From NCBI GenBank assembly GCA_017612655.1, contig JAGAFM010000047.1:10478-74477 (forward strand): a stretch of 64,000 nt of DNA, given 5' to 3'. Made by a program: the position numbers and the translations under genes. Positions 27,556 through 36,832 of this stretch are shown one piece after another (the first letter of the stretch is position 1; each line of letters opens with the position of its first letter). The DNA is from Clostridia bacterium (GTDB lineage: Bacteria > Bacillota > Clostridia > Oscillospirales > CAG-272). The notes below the pieces were generated by a model. The model was not told the origin of the DNA. It saw nothing but the letters and a program-made list of their open reading frames with translations, and made no database searches.

Positions 27556-27876
27556 TTTCAAAAAATGATATCGGTCCGGCTTCCGTTCTGCCTGCTCAAG
27601 CGGGCAGGGCGTGATTCGTTTTGAGATGTTCCCCGCCGGACTGACGATTCATTATATCTCTTTTTCCTCTCCTTGTCAAGAGAACGCACGGTTCGTTTTC
27701 TCTCTCCGAGAAGCCGGACGCCCTGCGGCTTCCGGACTCGCCCGGGTCTCGTTCAGAATCAAACTGATTCTTGTGAAAAAACTTCCATCTTTTTGCCAAT
27801 AACCCTCTATCTTTCGTTTGTAAAACCAATTTGATGAAAAAAGTTTCGTTTTTCATGAAATTTTTCGCTATCCCCC

Positions 27877-27905
27877 TTTTCAAACGAATCAAAACGTGAT
27901 ATAAT
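27877..27905 (+). promoter_or_regulatory. Candidate argG promoter (TTTTCA-17 nt-TATAAT with TG extended -10)
   Basis: The sequence is ttttcaaacgaatcaaaacgTGaTATAAT, with the -10 at 27900-27905, about 50 nt upstream of the argG ATG. Confidence 0.45.
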
Positions 27906-27957
27906 AAGAGTTGTCTTGCAGCTGTTATTGAATCCAAAAGGAAGAAAGGGTCCCATC

Positions 27958-29193
27958 ATGGAAAAAAAGCAAATCAAGAAAGTCGTTTTGGCTTATTCCG
28001 GAGGACTGGATACCTCCATTATTATCCCGTGGCTGCGGGAAAATTACAACAATCCCGAAATCATTGCGGTTTCCGGCAATGTAGGCCAGGGGACGGAGCT
28101 GGACGGGCTGGAGGAAAAGGCACTGAAAACAGGCGCTTCCAAGCTTTATATCGAAGATCTCCGCGAAGAATATATCCGGGATTTCATCTATCCCTGTCTC
28201 AAGGCGGATGCCAAGTATGAGGACTATCTTCTCGGTACTTCCCACGCCAGGCCATGCATCGCCAAGAGGCTTGTGGAAATTGCAAAGAAAGAAGGGGCTG
28301 ACGCAATCTGTCACGGATGCACCGGAAAAGGAAACGATCAGGTCCGGTTTGAACTGACCATCAAAGCGTTTGCTCCCGGAATGACCATCATCGCCCCCTG
28401 GAGGGAATGGGATATCAAATCCCGGGATGAGGAAATCGACTATGCGGAGGCGCACAATGTCCCGCTCCGAATCAGCAGAGAGACCAACTATTCCAAGGAT
28501 AAGAATCTCTGGCATCTGAGCCACGAGGGGATGGATCTGGAAAGCCCCGCGAATGAACCGCAGTACGGCAAACCCGGTTTTTTGGAAATGACCGTTCCGC
28601 CCGAGCAGGCGCCTGATGTTCCGACTTATGTTTCGATTCATTTCGAAAAAGGGATCCCGACAGCTGTCAACGGAACGGAGATGAATCCGATCCAGCTGGT
28701 CGAGACACTGAACCGGATCGGTGGAGAAAATGCGATCGGCCTCCTGGACATTGTGGAAAACCGTCTGGTCGGCATGAAGAGCCGCGGTGTGTACGAAACC
28801 CCTGCGGGAACGATTCTCTACAAGGCACACAACGTTCTGGAAACGATTACGCTGGATAAGGAAACCTTCCATTTCCAGCAGTCCGTCATTGCCCCCAAAA
28901 TGGCTGATCTGGTCTACAACGGTCTTTGGTTCACCCCGTTGAGAGAGGCTCTCTGTTCCTTTGTGGACAAAGTTCAGGAAAGGGTCACCGGGGATGTCAG
29001 ACTGAAACTGTACAAGGGTAATCTGATCAACGCAGGAGTGACCTCTCCGTTCACCCTCTACGACGAGCAAACCGCGTCCTTTGGAGAAGACGATGATTAC
29101 AACCAGGCTGACTCCCGCGGCTTTATCAATCTGTTCGGACTTCCGATCTCGGTAAAAGCCAAACTGGATGCCCGCAGGGAGAAAGAGACTTAA
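27958..29193 (+). CDS. argG: Argininosuccinate synthase
   Basis: It has the [12 protein letters not shown]-binding motif and full-length ArgG similarity. The ATG at 27958 ([16 protein letters not shown]) is preferred over the TTG at 27916 in the track. Confidence 0.95.
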   Translation: MEKKQIKKVVLAYSGGLDTSIIIPWLRENYNNPEIIAVSGNVGQGTELDGLEEKALKTGASKLYIEDLREEYIRDFIYPCLKADAKYEDYLLGTSHARPCIAKRLVEIAKKEGADAICHGCTGKGNDQVRFELTIKAFAPGMTIIAPWREWDIKSRDEEIDYAEAHNVPLRISRETNYSKDKNLWHLSHEGMDLESPANEPQYGKPGFLEMTVPPEQAPDVPTYVSIHFEKGIPTAVNGTEMNPIQLVETLNRIGGENAIGLLDIVENRLVGMKSRGVYETPAGTILYKAHNVLETITLDKETFHFQQSVIAPKMADLVYNGLWFTPLREALCSFVDKVQERVTGDVRLKLYKGNLINAGVTSPFTLYDEQTASFGEDDDYNQADSRGFINLFGLPISVKAKLDARREKET

Positions 29194-29253
29194 GAAAACG
29201 CTGTCGGATTTCCGTTCCCCCCACCGACCGATGAAACGAGGTGTACTCCGCCG

Positions 29254-30630
29254 ATGAAAATGTGGGCAGGCCGCTTCACGAAAGAAGAGGATTCCCTAGT
29301 AAACGACTTCAATTCCTCCATTTCCTTTGACTGCAGAATGTACCGGGAAGATATCGAAGGAAGCATCGCGCACGCCACCATGCTGGGAACCTGCAATATC
29401 ATTCCGAAAGAGGAGGCCGACGCCATCGTTGCAGGCCTCAGGGGCATTCTTGCCGATCTGGAAAGCGGCGCTCTTTCCATTGATCCCGAAGCGGAAGACA
29501 TTCACATGTTCGTGGAGGAAATCCTGACAAATCGGATCGGGGACGCCGGAAAACGTCTTCACACAGCCCGTTCACGGAATGATCAGGTGGCACTGGATCT
29601 CCGCATGTACTGCAAAAGGGAAATCCGGGAAGTTCAGACTCTGATTCGGGGCCTTCTCGGAGCGATTGCCGATCAGGCCGAAAAAAACGCGGATGCCGTC
29701 ATGAGCGGTTATACCCACCTTCAGCGTGCGCAGCCGGTCACGTTTGCGCACTCAATTCTCGCCTATGCCCAGATGCTGATCCGCGACTTGTCCCGGCTGG
29801 ACGAGACTTTCAAGAGAACCGATTTCATGCCGCTCGGATCCGGGGCTCTGGCATCAACCACCTATCCGATCGACCGCAGGATGACGGCGGAACTGTTAGG
29901 ATTTCATGAAATAACTCTGAATTCGATCGATGGTGTTTCGGACAGGGATTTTGCGATCGAATTCTGCTCGGATCTTTCCATTCTGATGATGCACCTGAGC
30001 CGATTCTCCGAGGAAATCATCCTCTGGTGTTCCTCTGAGTTCCGCTTTCTTGAACTGGACGATGCTTTTTCTACCGGTTCATCCATCATGCCTCAGAAGA
30101 AAAACCCGGATATAGCGGAACTGGTTCGGGGAAAGACCGGACGCGTTTACGGAGATTTGCAAACCCTGCTTGTCGTAATGAAAGGGCTTCCCCTTGCCTA
30201 CAACAAAGACATGCAGGAAGACAAGGAAGCGCTTTTTGACGCGATTGACACCGCAAAACAGGCGCTGAAAGTTTTCACCCGGATGTTTGAAACCGTCACA
30301 GTTCGAAAAGACAATCTTCGGAGCTCGGCTTCCGAAGGGTTTATCAACGCAACCGACTGTGCCGACTATCTGACCAAAAAGGGACTTCCGTTCCGCTCCG
30401 CGTACCGAATCGTTGGGCAACTGGTCGGTTACTGCATCCAGCAGAAAAAAACGCTCGAAACCCTCTCTCTTGACGAGTACCGGACCTTTTCCGGTCTCTT
30501 TGAAGAAGATATCTTCGGTGCCATTAATCTGGAAAACTGTGTCAGCAGCAGAAAAGCCGAAGGCGGCCCATCTATGCAAAGCGTACTGAAACAGATCGCA
30601 ACGGTCAGAGAACTGATATCCGGATCCTGA
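29254..30630 (+). CDS. argH: Argininosuccinate lyase
   Basis: 458-aa ORF with the fumarate-lyase signature ([12 protein letters not shown]) and an ArgH N-terminus (MWAGRFTKE). Confidence 0.95.
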   Translation: MKMWAGRFTKEEDSLVNDFNSSISFDCRMYREDIEGSIAHATMLGTCNIIPKEEADAIVAGLRGILADLESGALSIDPEAEDIHMFVEEILTNRIGDAGKRLHTARSRNDQVALDLRMYCKREIREVQTLIRGLLGAIADQAEKNADAVMSGYTHLQRAQPVTFAHSILAYAQMLIRDLSRLDETFKRTDFMPLGSGALASTTYPIDRRMTAELLGFHEITLNSIDGVSDRDFAIEFCSDLSILMMHLSRFSEEIILWCSSEFRFLELDDAFSTGSSIMPQKKNPDIAELVRGKTGRVYGDLQTLLVVMKGLPLAYNKDMQEDKEALFDAIDTAKQALKVFTRMFETVTVRKDNLRSSASEGFINATDCADYLTKKGLPFRSAYRIVGQLVGYCIQQKKTLETLSLDEYRTFSGLFEEDIFGAINLENCVSSRKAEGGPSMQSVLKQIATVRELISGS

Positions 30631-30676
30631 CCGTTCCCCGTCCTTTACTTTTTCACTCTCAAGGAGGAAGCAGAAA

Positions 30677-31027
30677 ATGCCGAAGAAAAAGAATCCCGCA
30701 GACGATCTCGTCTACGAGACAAAAATCAACCCGGAAAACAAAGACCTCATCCACACCGCGAAAAAGAAGGGATCTTCCGGAGAAAAGAAAAAGACGGATC
30801 AGGAAGACTATCACGATTACTGGTCCGATGACTTCTCCGAAGAGAGGGACCCTTTTGACGAAATGGACCCGGATCCCGAAATGATGATTATCTACGACCT
30901 GATCTCCCGGATGGTCGCATCCGAGTGCGAGAACGCACTCTGGCAGGCATATGCGGCACTCGACGAGGTAGACTCCATTCAGGCCGCCAAAAGAAAAATC
31001 CGCGAGCTGATGAAACAGTATCGATAG
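30677..31027 (+). CDS. Small hypothetical protein (charged, no recognised domain)
   Basis: 116-aa ORF with a strong RBS (AAGGAGG, 9-nt spacing). It is followed directly by a strong terminator. I recognise no family. Confidence 0.55.
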   Translation: MPKKKNPADDLVYETKINPENKDLIHTAKKKGSSGEKKKTDQEDYHDYWSDDFSEERDPFDEMDPDPEMMIIYDLISRMVASECENALWQAYAALDEVDSIQAAKRKIRELMKQYR

Positions 31028-31040
31028 AGAGAACCGTCTC

Positions 31041-31084
31041 GCCGTGCTTTTGTTGCATCCGCAACAGAAACACGGCTTTTTTTC
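31041..31084 (+). terminator. Rho-independent terminator of the argG-argH-small ORF unit
   Basis: gccgtgcttttgttgc-atcc-gcaacagaaacacggc is followed by an 8-nt T run (31077-31084). Confidence 0.75.
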
Positions 31085-31130
31085 TGTTATGCTTTCACAG
31101 AAATCAATCTATTTAAAGAAGGTGAACCTC

Positions 31131-32165
31131 TTGAAACAATTCATCGCCGTTATCCTCGCCCTGATCCTGTCCCTTGGAATGCTGTCCGCCTGCGGAGAAG
31201 CAACCGTTCCGGAAGAAAACCCGTCAGACACAGCTTCCGAACCACAGTCTGAGAACCCCTCCGAACCGATAACCGTCCGCCTGGGCGGTTTGAAAGGTCC
31301 GACTACGATGGGAATGGTCAAACTGTTGGATGACGCGGAACAGGGCCTTACACAAAACACCTATTCCTTCACCATGGCTGCCTCGGCAGATGAACTGTCC
31401 CCGAAACTCTTAAAAGGGGAACTGGATATTCTGGCAGCACCCGCCAATCTTGGCGCCGTTCTGACCAGTAAATCCGGGGGAGGCATTCAAGCCATAGGCG
31501 TCAGCACGCTCGGGGTTCTTTACATAGTTGAAAAAGGAGAAGAATCCGTCCGCTCGCTGTCCGATCTGAAAGGAAAAACTCTCCTCGCCACCGGAAAGGG
31601 TACGACTCCCGAGTACGCGCTCACCTATCTTCTTGCGCAAAACGGACTGGAACTCGGAACCGATGTTCAGATTGAATGGAAGAGTGAACCGACAGAAGTG
31701 GTTTCCCAGATGGCAACCATGGAAAGTGCCGTTGCGATGCTTCCTCAGCCTTTTGTCACCGTTGCATCCAATCAGCTGGAAGATCTCCGAATCGCCGTAG
31801 ATCTGACCGAAGCCTGGAATCAGTTGAACAACAGCAGCCGGCTCGTTACGGCTTCTCTCCTCGTTCGCAAAGAATTTGCGGAACAGCATCCGGATCTTGT
31901 GCAAACCTTCCTGGAGGAATACGCCGCGTCCACGGATTACGTCAACAGCCAGCCCGGTGAAGCAGCCTCTCTGGTGGAGAAATTCGGAATCGTCAAGGCG
32001 GCCATCGCCCAGAAGGCGATCCCCTACTGCAATCTGGTCTGCATCACGGGAAGTGAGATGAAGGCGGCCCTTCAGGGCTACCTCGAAGTGCTGTACTCCC
32101 TCAATCCGGCTTCGGTCGGAGGAGCGCTTCCCGGTGAAGATTATTATTTGATCTATGAAGATTGA
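31131..32165 (+). CDS. ABC transporter substrate-binding lipoprotein (NMT1/SsuA-like, nitrate/sulfonate/taurine family)
   Basis: It has a lipoprotein signal (KQFIAVILALILSLGMLSAC). The TTG at 31131 is preceded by GAAGGTGA. The track ORF start at 31044 lies inside the upstream terminator and is rejected. The start is uncertain, with GTG at 31122 as an alternative. Confidence 0.78.
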   Translation: MKQFIAVILALILSLGMLSACGEATVPEENPSDTASEPQSENPSEPITVRLGGLKGPTTMGMVKLLDDAEQGLTQNTYSFTMAASADELSPKLLKGELDILAAPANLGAVLTSKSGGGIQAIGVSTLGVLYIVEKGEESVRSLSDLKGKTLLATGKGTTPEYALTYLLAQNGLELGTDVQIEWKSEPTEVVSQMATMESAVAMLPQPFVTVASNQLEDLRIAVDLTEAWNQLNNSSRLVTASLLVRKEFAEQHPDLVQTFLEEYAASTDYVNSQPGEAASLVEKFGIVKAAIAQKAIPYCNLVCITGSEMKAALQGYLEVLYSLNPASVGGALPGEDYYLIYED

Positions 32166-32922
32166 GGCTGCTCTGAAAAGCCGCTCCTTCTTCCGGATTC
32201 TTTCCGTCCTGCTCGCGCTGATTCTGTGGCAGATTCTTGCAACCAGGATCAACATGGATATGATGCTGGCGTCCCCGATTCAGGTCCTGGAGCGGCTCTT
32301 TACCATTTGGCGCGAACCGGACTTCTTCTCCACGCTGTTCTTCTCCTGGAGCCGCATCATGTCTGGCTTTCTGCTAGCCTTTCTCGGAGGTTTTCTGATG
32401 GGAACGCTGGCAGGTGCTCTCAGGCCTGTTGAACTTCTGCTCTGGCCATACGTCACCGTCGCCAAGACGGTTCCAATCGCTTCCTTTATTATCCTCTGTC
32501 TGCTTTGGCTGAATTACTCGCAAATGACGGTTTTTATCGCATTTCTGATCGCATTCCCCGTCATCTACGCAAACGTCCTTCAGGGGATCAGGAGCACCGA
32601 TCCGAAGCTGAACGAAGTCGCTTCGTTCTATCGGATTCCATGGTACCGGAAGTATCTCTTTATCACGCTCCCGTCGGTAAAGCCCTATCTGATTTCCGCC
32701 TGCGGGGTCGCAATCGGAATGGCTTGGAAAGCCGGGGTCGCAGCAGAGGTCATCGGTATTATTGACGGTTCGATCGGAGAAAAGCTGTACGAGGGTAAAA
32801 TCTACTTTCTGAATGCAGATCTTCTGTCCTGGACCCTGATCCTGATCCTCCTCAGCGTATTGAATGAAAGACTATTCTCCCTTTTTCTCAAGGGCGTGTT
32901 CCGGGGGGTGCAGAAATTATGA
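32155..32922 (+). CDS. ABC transporter permease (NitT/TauT family)
   Basis: 255-aa ORF with about 6 TM helices in a binding-protein-dependent transport inner-membrane component layout. It overlaps both neighbours. Confidence 0.85.
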   Translation: MKIEAALKSRSFFRILSVLLALILWQILATRINMDMMLASPIQVLERLFTIWREPDFFSTLFFSWSRIMSGFLLAFLGGFLMGTLAGALRPVELLLWPYVTVAKTVPIASFIILCLLWLNYSQMTVFIAFLIAFPVIYANVLQGIRSTDPKLNEVASFYRIPWYRKYLFITLPSVKPYLISACGVAIGMAWKAGVAAEVIGIIDGSIGEKLYEGKIYFLNADLLSWTLILILLSVLNERLFSLFLKGVFRGVQKL

Positions 32923-33512
32923 GCGATATCCTTCTGGATCGAGTCTCAAAATCATTTGGGGAAAACCGGATTATCAGCAATCTTTCCCTCCGAATTCCCG
33001 AGAAAAGCGTAACCTGCATCCTCGGTCCCTCCGGTTGCGGAAAGACCACTCTTCTGAATCTGATTGCCGGAATCCTTTCTCCGGATTCCGGTACCATTAC
33101 AGGCGTTCCCGAGAAGCGTTCTTTTGTATTTCAGGAGGACCGTCTCTGTGAAGACTTCTCCGGTTACCGAAACATCCGTCTGGTCACCGGAAACAAACGG
33201 TCAAAAGAAGACATCCACCGGCATCTGGCCGAACTGTCCCTGTCGGAAGAAAGGGAAAAACCGGTTCGGGAATACAGCGGAGGGATGAAGCGGCGGATTG
33301 CGCTGGCCCGTGCCATCTGTTATGACGCTGATTGCATCTTCCTTGACGAGCCGTTCAAAGGACTGGATCCCGACAGGAAGAAAGAAACCATGGACTACGT
33401 GAGGCGTTACACGGAAAGCAAGACCGTTCTGTTCGTCACACATGACGAGAGCGAAGCGGAATACCTAGGCGGGTTGCGGCTGTCCTTTCCCCTGACCGGT
33501 TCCGGAAACTGA
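32919..33512 (+). CDS. ABC transporter ATP-binding protein (compact, 197 aa)
   Basis: It has Walker A (GPSGCGKTT), the signature motif (YSGGMKRR), Walker B (IFLDEP) and an H-loop (VTHD). Confidence 0.88.
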   Translation: MSDILLDRVSKSFGENRIISNLSLRIPEKSVTCILGPSGCGKTTLLNLIAGILSPDSGTITGVPEKRSFVFQEDRLCEDFSGYRNIRLVTGNKRSKEDIHRHLAELSLSEEREKPVREYSGGMKRRIALARAICYDADCIFLDEPFKGLDPDRKKETMDYVRRYTESKTVLFVTHDESEAEYLGGLRLSFPLTGSGN

Positions 33513-33550
33513 AACCTTGTCTAAAGACTTTTGTGACTGTCCGCTAATTC

Positions 33551-33592
33551 AAAAACCCGTGCTGCCGTTTTTGCGGCAGTACGGGTTTTGTG
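33551..33592. terminator. Bidirectional rho-independent terminator between convergent genes
   Basis: cccgtgctgccg (33556-33567) pairs with cggcagtacggg (33574-33585), with one G-T pair. AAAAA lies upstream and TTTTGTG downstream. Confidence 0.7.
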
Positions 33593-33633
33593 TCTCTTTT
33601 GAATTCAGCGGGGCAAGGAACGGGGCCTCTCTT

Positions 33634-34443
33634 TCAACGCGCTTCGTTGATCGGCGCCGTTCCATTCTCCGAACCGGCCAGTCCGTTCACACGAACCAGC
33701 CAGTCGCTCAGGCTGGGACTGATGGCGTCCGCCCAGGTCAGGAGGTGACAGGAAAAGCCCGGCACCATCAACTCTTTCTTTTTCTTGACTACTGCCCGAA
33801 TCACGGCTTTCGCGACCAGATCCGGATCCCCCTTTGGCGTAATGCGGGGACAATCCACGTGGGCAATCTGAGGCGTGTCCATTCTGCTGGGATAAATCGT
33901 CGCCACATGAATCCCGGTACCACGCAACTCCTGCCTCAGAACCTGAAAGAAACCGTTCATGGCAAACTTGGAGCCCACATAGGCCGCATCCGGCGGAACT
34001 CCTTTTTTACCATCCATGGAGCAGGTCGTCACGATTGTTCCCTTTTTCTGATCAAGAAACAGAGGGAGAACCGCATAGACGCAGTTCAGACAGCCGAAAT
34101 AATTGACCTCCATGATTTTCCGGATCTGATCCATCCTCAGATCCTTCGCCTCGCATCTCAGATAAATCCCGGCGTTGCAGTGAAAAACATCCAGTCCTCC
34201 GAGTTGTCGGACGGCCTCATCCACAGCGTTTCTGACCTGCTGCGGATCGGTAATATCCGCCTCCAGCACGACTGCTTTTCGGGAAAGCGCCCGAACCGCC
34301 TCCGCGGTTTCTTCCAGACGCTCTCTGTTTCGGGCGATCAGTGCGAGATCTGCACCTTCTTTTGCCATCCGCAGTGCCGTTGCGCGTCCGATGCCGCTTG
34401 AAGCACCGGTGATTGCCGCACGGATTCCTTCCATCTTTCCCAT
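33634..34443 (-). CDS. Short-chain dehydrogenase/reductase (SDR) family oxidoreductase
   Basis: It has the TGASSGIGRA cofactor motif and the YVGSK catalytic motif. The start is taken at ATG 34443 (MGKMEGIRAAITGASSGIG), while the track ORF runs to 34539. Confidence 0.85.
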   Translation of the reverse strand: MGKMEGIRAAITGASSGIGRATALRMAKEGADLALIARNRERLEETAEAVRALSRKAVVLEADITDPQQVRNAVDEAVRQLGGLDVFHCNAGIYLRCEAKDLRMDQIRKIMEVNYFGCLNCVYAVLPLFLDQKKGTIVTTCSMDGKKGVPPDAAYVGSKFAMNGFFQVLRQELRGTGIHVATIYPSRMDTPQIAHVDCPRITPKGDPDLVAKAVIRAVVKKKKELMVPGFSCHLLTWADAISPSLSDWLVRVNGLAGSENGTAPINEAR

Positions 34444-34668
34444 ATCGGTTTCCATCCCTTCAAATCCGTTTTGAGTCACCTTTCTAGCTTTTTTCACTTT
34501 ATCACAAGAGCAGGCCCCAGTCAAGAGATTTCGGAACAATTGTGGGTAGGTCGAAGCTCCATTTTTTCATGCCATCTTGTCAGTGTTCTCTTCCTATGCT
34601 ATAATGAGGCAGGTGCATTGTTCAGATCAGCCAGAATGCTTTTTCGGAGAGGAGAATCCATTCCCGCT

Positions 34669-36708
34669 ATGACACAAAAAATCAACCTTCTGACCGACGA
34701 AACCGGAATCCTTCGCGCCATTGAACTCAAAGACGGGGTAACCGCATTTTCCGTTTTGGACCGGGGCGTCTCTGCCGTCTTCAACGGGAAGGAATACACC
34801 GATCCTTCGCTGTTTGAAGTCGTTTGGACTCCGCTTGGAGACTGTTTTGAAAAAACCGTTGTCTTTCGCGCTCCGGAAGACGGCGTTCTGGAGTCGGTTT
34901 CTGTTTTGGACCTCTCTTTCCCTGAAATGATCGAGCTCCACTATCACGACGACAAGACGATCTGGCACGTCCCCATGAGTGTCTTCGTCCGTTATCCGGA
35001 ATACTCGGTGTTTTATGGACTGGAATATCCATACTGGGATGATACGGCTAAGATGGCTTTTTCCCCGTGGCTTCCGATGAAAGCTGGAGAAACACTGGCC
35101 TGCGAGAAGGCTTTTCTTGGCGTTTGCAGACGTTCCGGAAAGGAAATCTCTTCCCACGGCCCATACCCTGGAAAGCGGAAGCAGAAATACCATGACATGT
35201 TTTCCCCCGAAAAAGGCGGACTTCCGCAGCATGTTCCGGACGGCGTCATACCGGATGACATGGGTATCCCGGAGGAACAGCTGGACACCGGGGAAATCCG
35301 GGCCATGAGAGATTTCCTCGCCTTACATATCGGACACTATCCCCTTCCGGAGGAAGGATATTTCGTCTGGCAGAACGGCTGGTGGGCGGGACTCTTTCTG
35401 ACGGACAAAGACTGCATCGACGTGATGAGCCGCTCCGGAATTCACGATATTTTGACCGCCATGATGTATTACGGATACGATTCACATCCCAACTGTTTCC
35501 CCAATTATATCCGAGAAGTCCGCTTTGACCCTCTCCGTTTCCCCGCCGTCACTGATGAAATGATCCAGATCGGAGAGCAAAAAGCGATGCGGTCTCAAAA
35601 AAACCGGGACAAGGGAGAGATGATCCTGCATCACGAAGTGGAATGCGATGAGACTGTCCGTACGTCCGGGGAAACCGCGGGCTTTGTCCCGCCCCCGAAG
35701 TATGAAAAGCTGATCCGGATCGGAGAGGAATGCGGCGTCCACGTGGCTTCCTTCTCGACACCGAACAACTCCTATTCAGCATATCCCGAATGGCATGCAC
35801 TGAAAGAAAACGGGACCCCGTACGACTATTTCGGATCCCCTCTCTCCTGTCCCGCCTGCAAGGAATATATGGAACGGCACTTTCAGATGATTGAATCCGT
35901 ACTTCAGGAGACCCGCCCCAGACTCTGGTCCTTCGACGGACGCTGGATGGGGTATCGGGAATTTGACTTGGGTGAAGCGATCGGAGAACAGCCGTGCTGG
36001 TCTGAAAGTCACGGACATCTTCCCGGAAAAAGCAGATATATCGAGTGGAAAAATATCATTGAATTCAAACGCAGGTTGAGGGAACGGTTCCCTGACCTGG
36101 TTATGGAACACTATTACGGGATGAAACGGGGAGGGACCTGGTCTCTTCTATACTTCAACAGTGACGAGAACGTTTTCGAGTGCTCCTGCGCCGACGACAA
36201 CCGGTTTCAGACCTGGCACAACGAAAATGACCGTTTTCGTCCCACCTATCTGAACTACGCCCCGATTTTCGGCGCCGGAGAAGAGCTGGAGTATTCCATG
36301 ATCTCCGCCATCTCCACTGCAGAGTACGCTCAAACCGCAAGCGCTTACCATGCTCTGAAAAACGACCCGAAGAGTCTGGAAATCTTTCGGAAGTGGAAGG
36401 ACTGGGCAGGAAAAAACATTCGGTATCTGCGGGATCGCGACACCCTTTTCGGATGTCCCGGGGATGTTTCGATTGACGGTTCCTCCCATATTTTGGACGG
36501 AGAAGGCTGGGTTTTCCTTTTCAACACCGTCGACTTCGATGACATTGCTGCCCTCAGTCTTTCCGAGATTCCCGGACTGAAGGGGAAAAACTACGAGGCT
36601 GATGTGATCTATCCGGAGACGACGCGCCTTCTTCCGGAAGGCGATATCGTTTCCGTTCCCGTCCGAGCTCACAGCGCCTGCGTGCTCTGGCTGGGAAAGA
36701 AGGACTGA
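34669..36708 (+). CDS. Hypothetical ~680-aa cytoplasmic protein (possibly a TIM-barrel glycoside-hydrolase-like enzyme; unassigned)
   Basis: This long ORF has coding-like composition and its own terminator. I recognise no signal peptide and no diagnostic motif. The start is uncertain (ATG 34669 MTQKINLL; the track starts at 34471). Confidence 0.5.
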   Translation: MTQKINLLTDETGILRAIELKDGVTAFSVLDRGVSAVFNGKEYTDPSLFEVVWTPLGDCFEKTVVFRAPEDGVLESVSVLDLSFPEMIELHYHDDKTIWHVPMSVFVRYPEYSVFYGLEYPYWDDTAKMAFSPWLPMKAGETLACEKAFLGVCRRSGKEISSHGPYPGKRKQKYHDMFSPEKGGLPQHVPDGVIPDDMGIPEEQLDTGEIRAMRDFLALHIGHYPLPEEGYFVWQNGWWAGLFLTDKDCIDVMSRSGIHDILTAMMYYGYDSHPNCFPNYIREVRFDPLRFPAVTDEMIQIGEQKAMRSQKNRDKGEMILHHEVECDETVRTSGETAGFVPPPKYEKLIRIGEECGVHVASFSTPNNSYSAYPEWHALKENGTPYDYFGSPLSCPACKEYMERHFQMIESVLQETRPRLWSFDGRWMGYREFDLGEAIGEQPCWSESHGHLPGKSRYIEWKNIIEFKRRLRERFPDLVMEHYYGMKRGGTWSLLYFNSDENVFECSCADDNRFQTWHNENDRFRPTYLNYAPIFGAGEELEYSMISAISTAEYAQTASAYHALKNDPKSLEIFRKWKDWAGKNIRYLRDRDTLFGCPGDVSIDGSSHILDGEGWVFLFNTVDFDDIAALSLSEIPGLKGKNYEADVIYPETTRLLPEGDIVSVPVRAHSACVLWLGKKD

Positions 36709-36741
36709 CCGTCTCCTGCTTTTTCTCCCCGGGAAAACAGT

Positions 36742-36797
36742 CTGCCCCGCGGATGACAGAATCCGAAAGGATCCTGCACCGGCGGGGCAGCTTTTTA
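36742..36797. terminator. Hairpin terminator between convergent 745-aa ORF and helicase gene
   Basis: ctgccccgcgg (36742-36752) pairs with ccggcggggcag (36779-36790), with one bulge. CTTTTT follows on plus and TGTTTTCCC follows on minus. Confidence 0.55.
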
Positions 36798-36832
36798 CCA
36801 AGGAAGATTTCAGCCCGAGGATCGGAGATTCG

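Noticed and set aside
27834-27856. ArgR (ARG box) operator call as a feature
   Set aside because: The palindrome is real, but it matches the ARG-box consensus only loosely. It is reported as an observation, not as an annotated site.
31028-31130. TPP or other riboswitch ahead of the NMT1/THI5-like binding protein gene
   Set aside because: The gap is mostly occupied by the argH-unit terminator, and no CTGAGA...ACCTGA TPP core is present.
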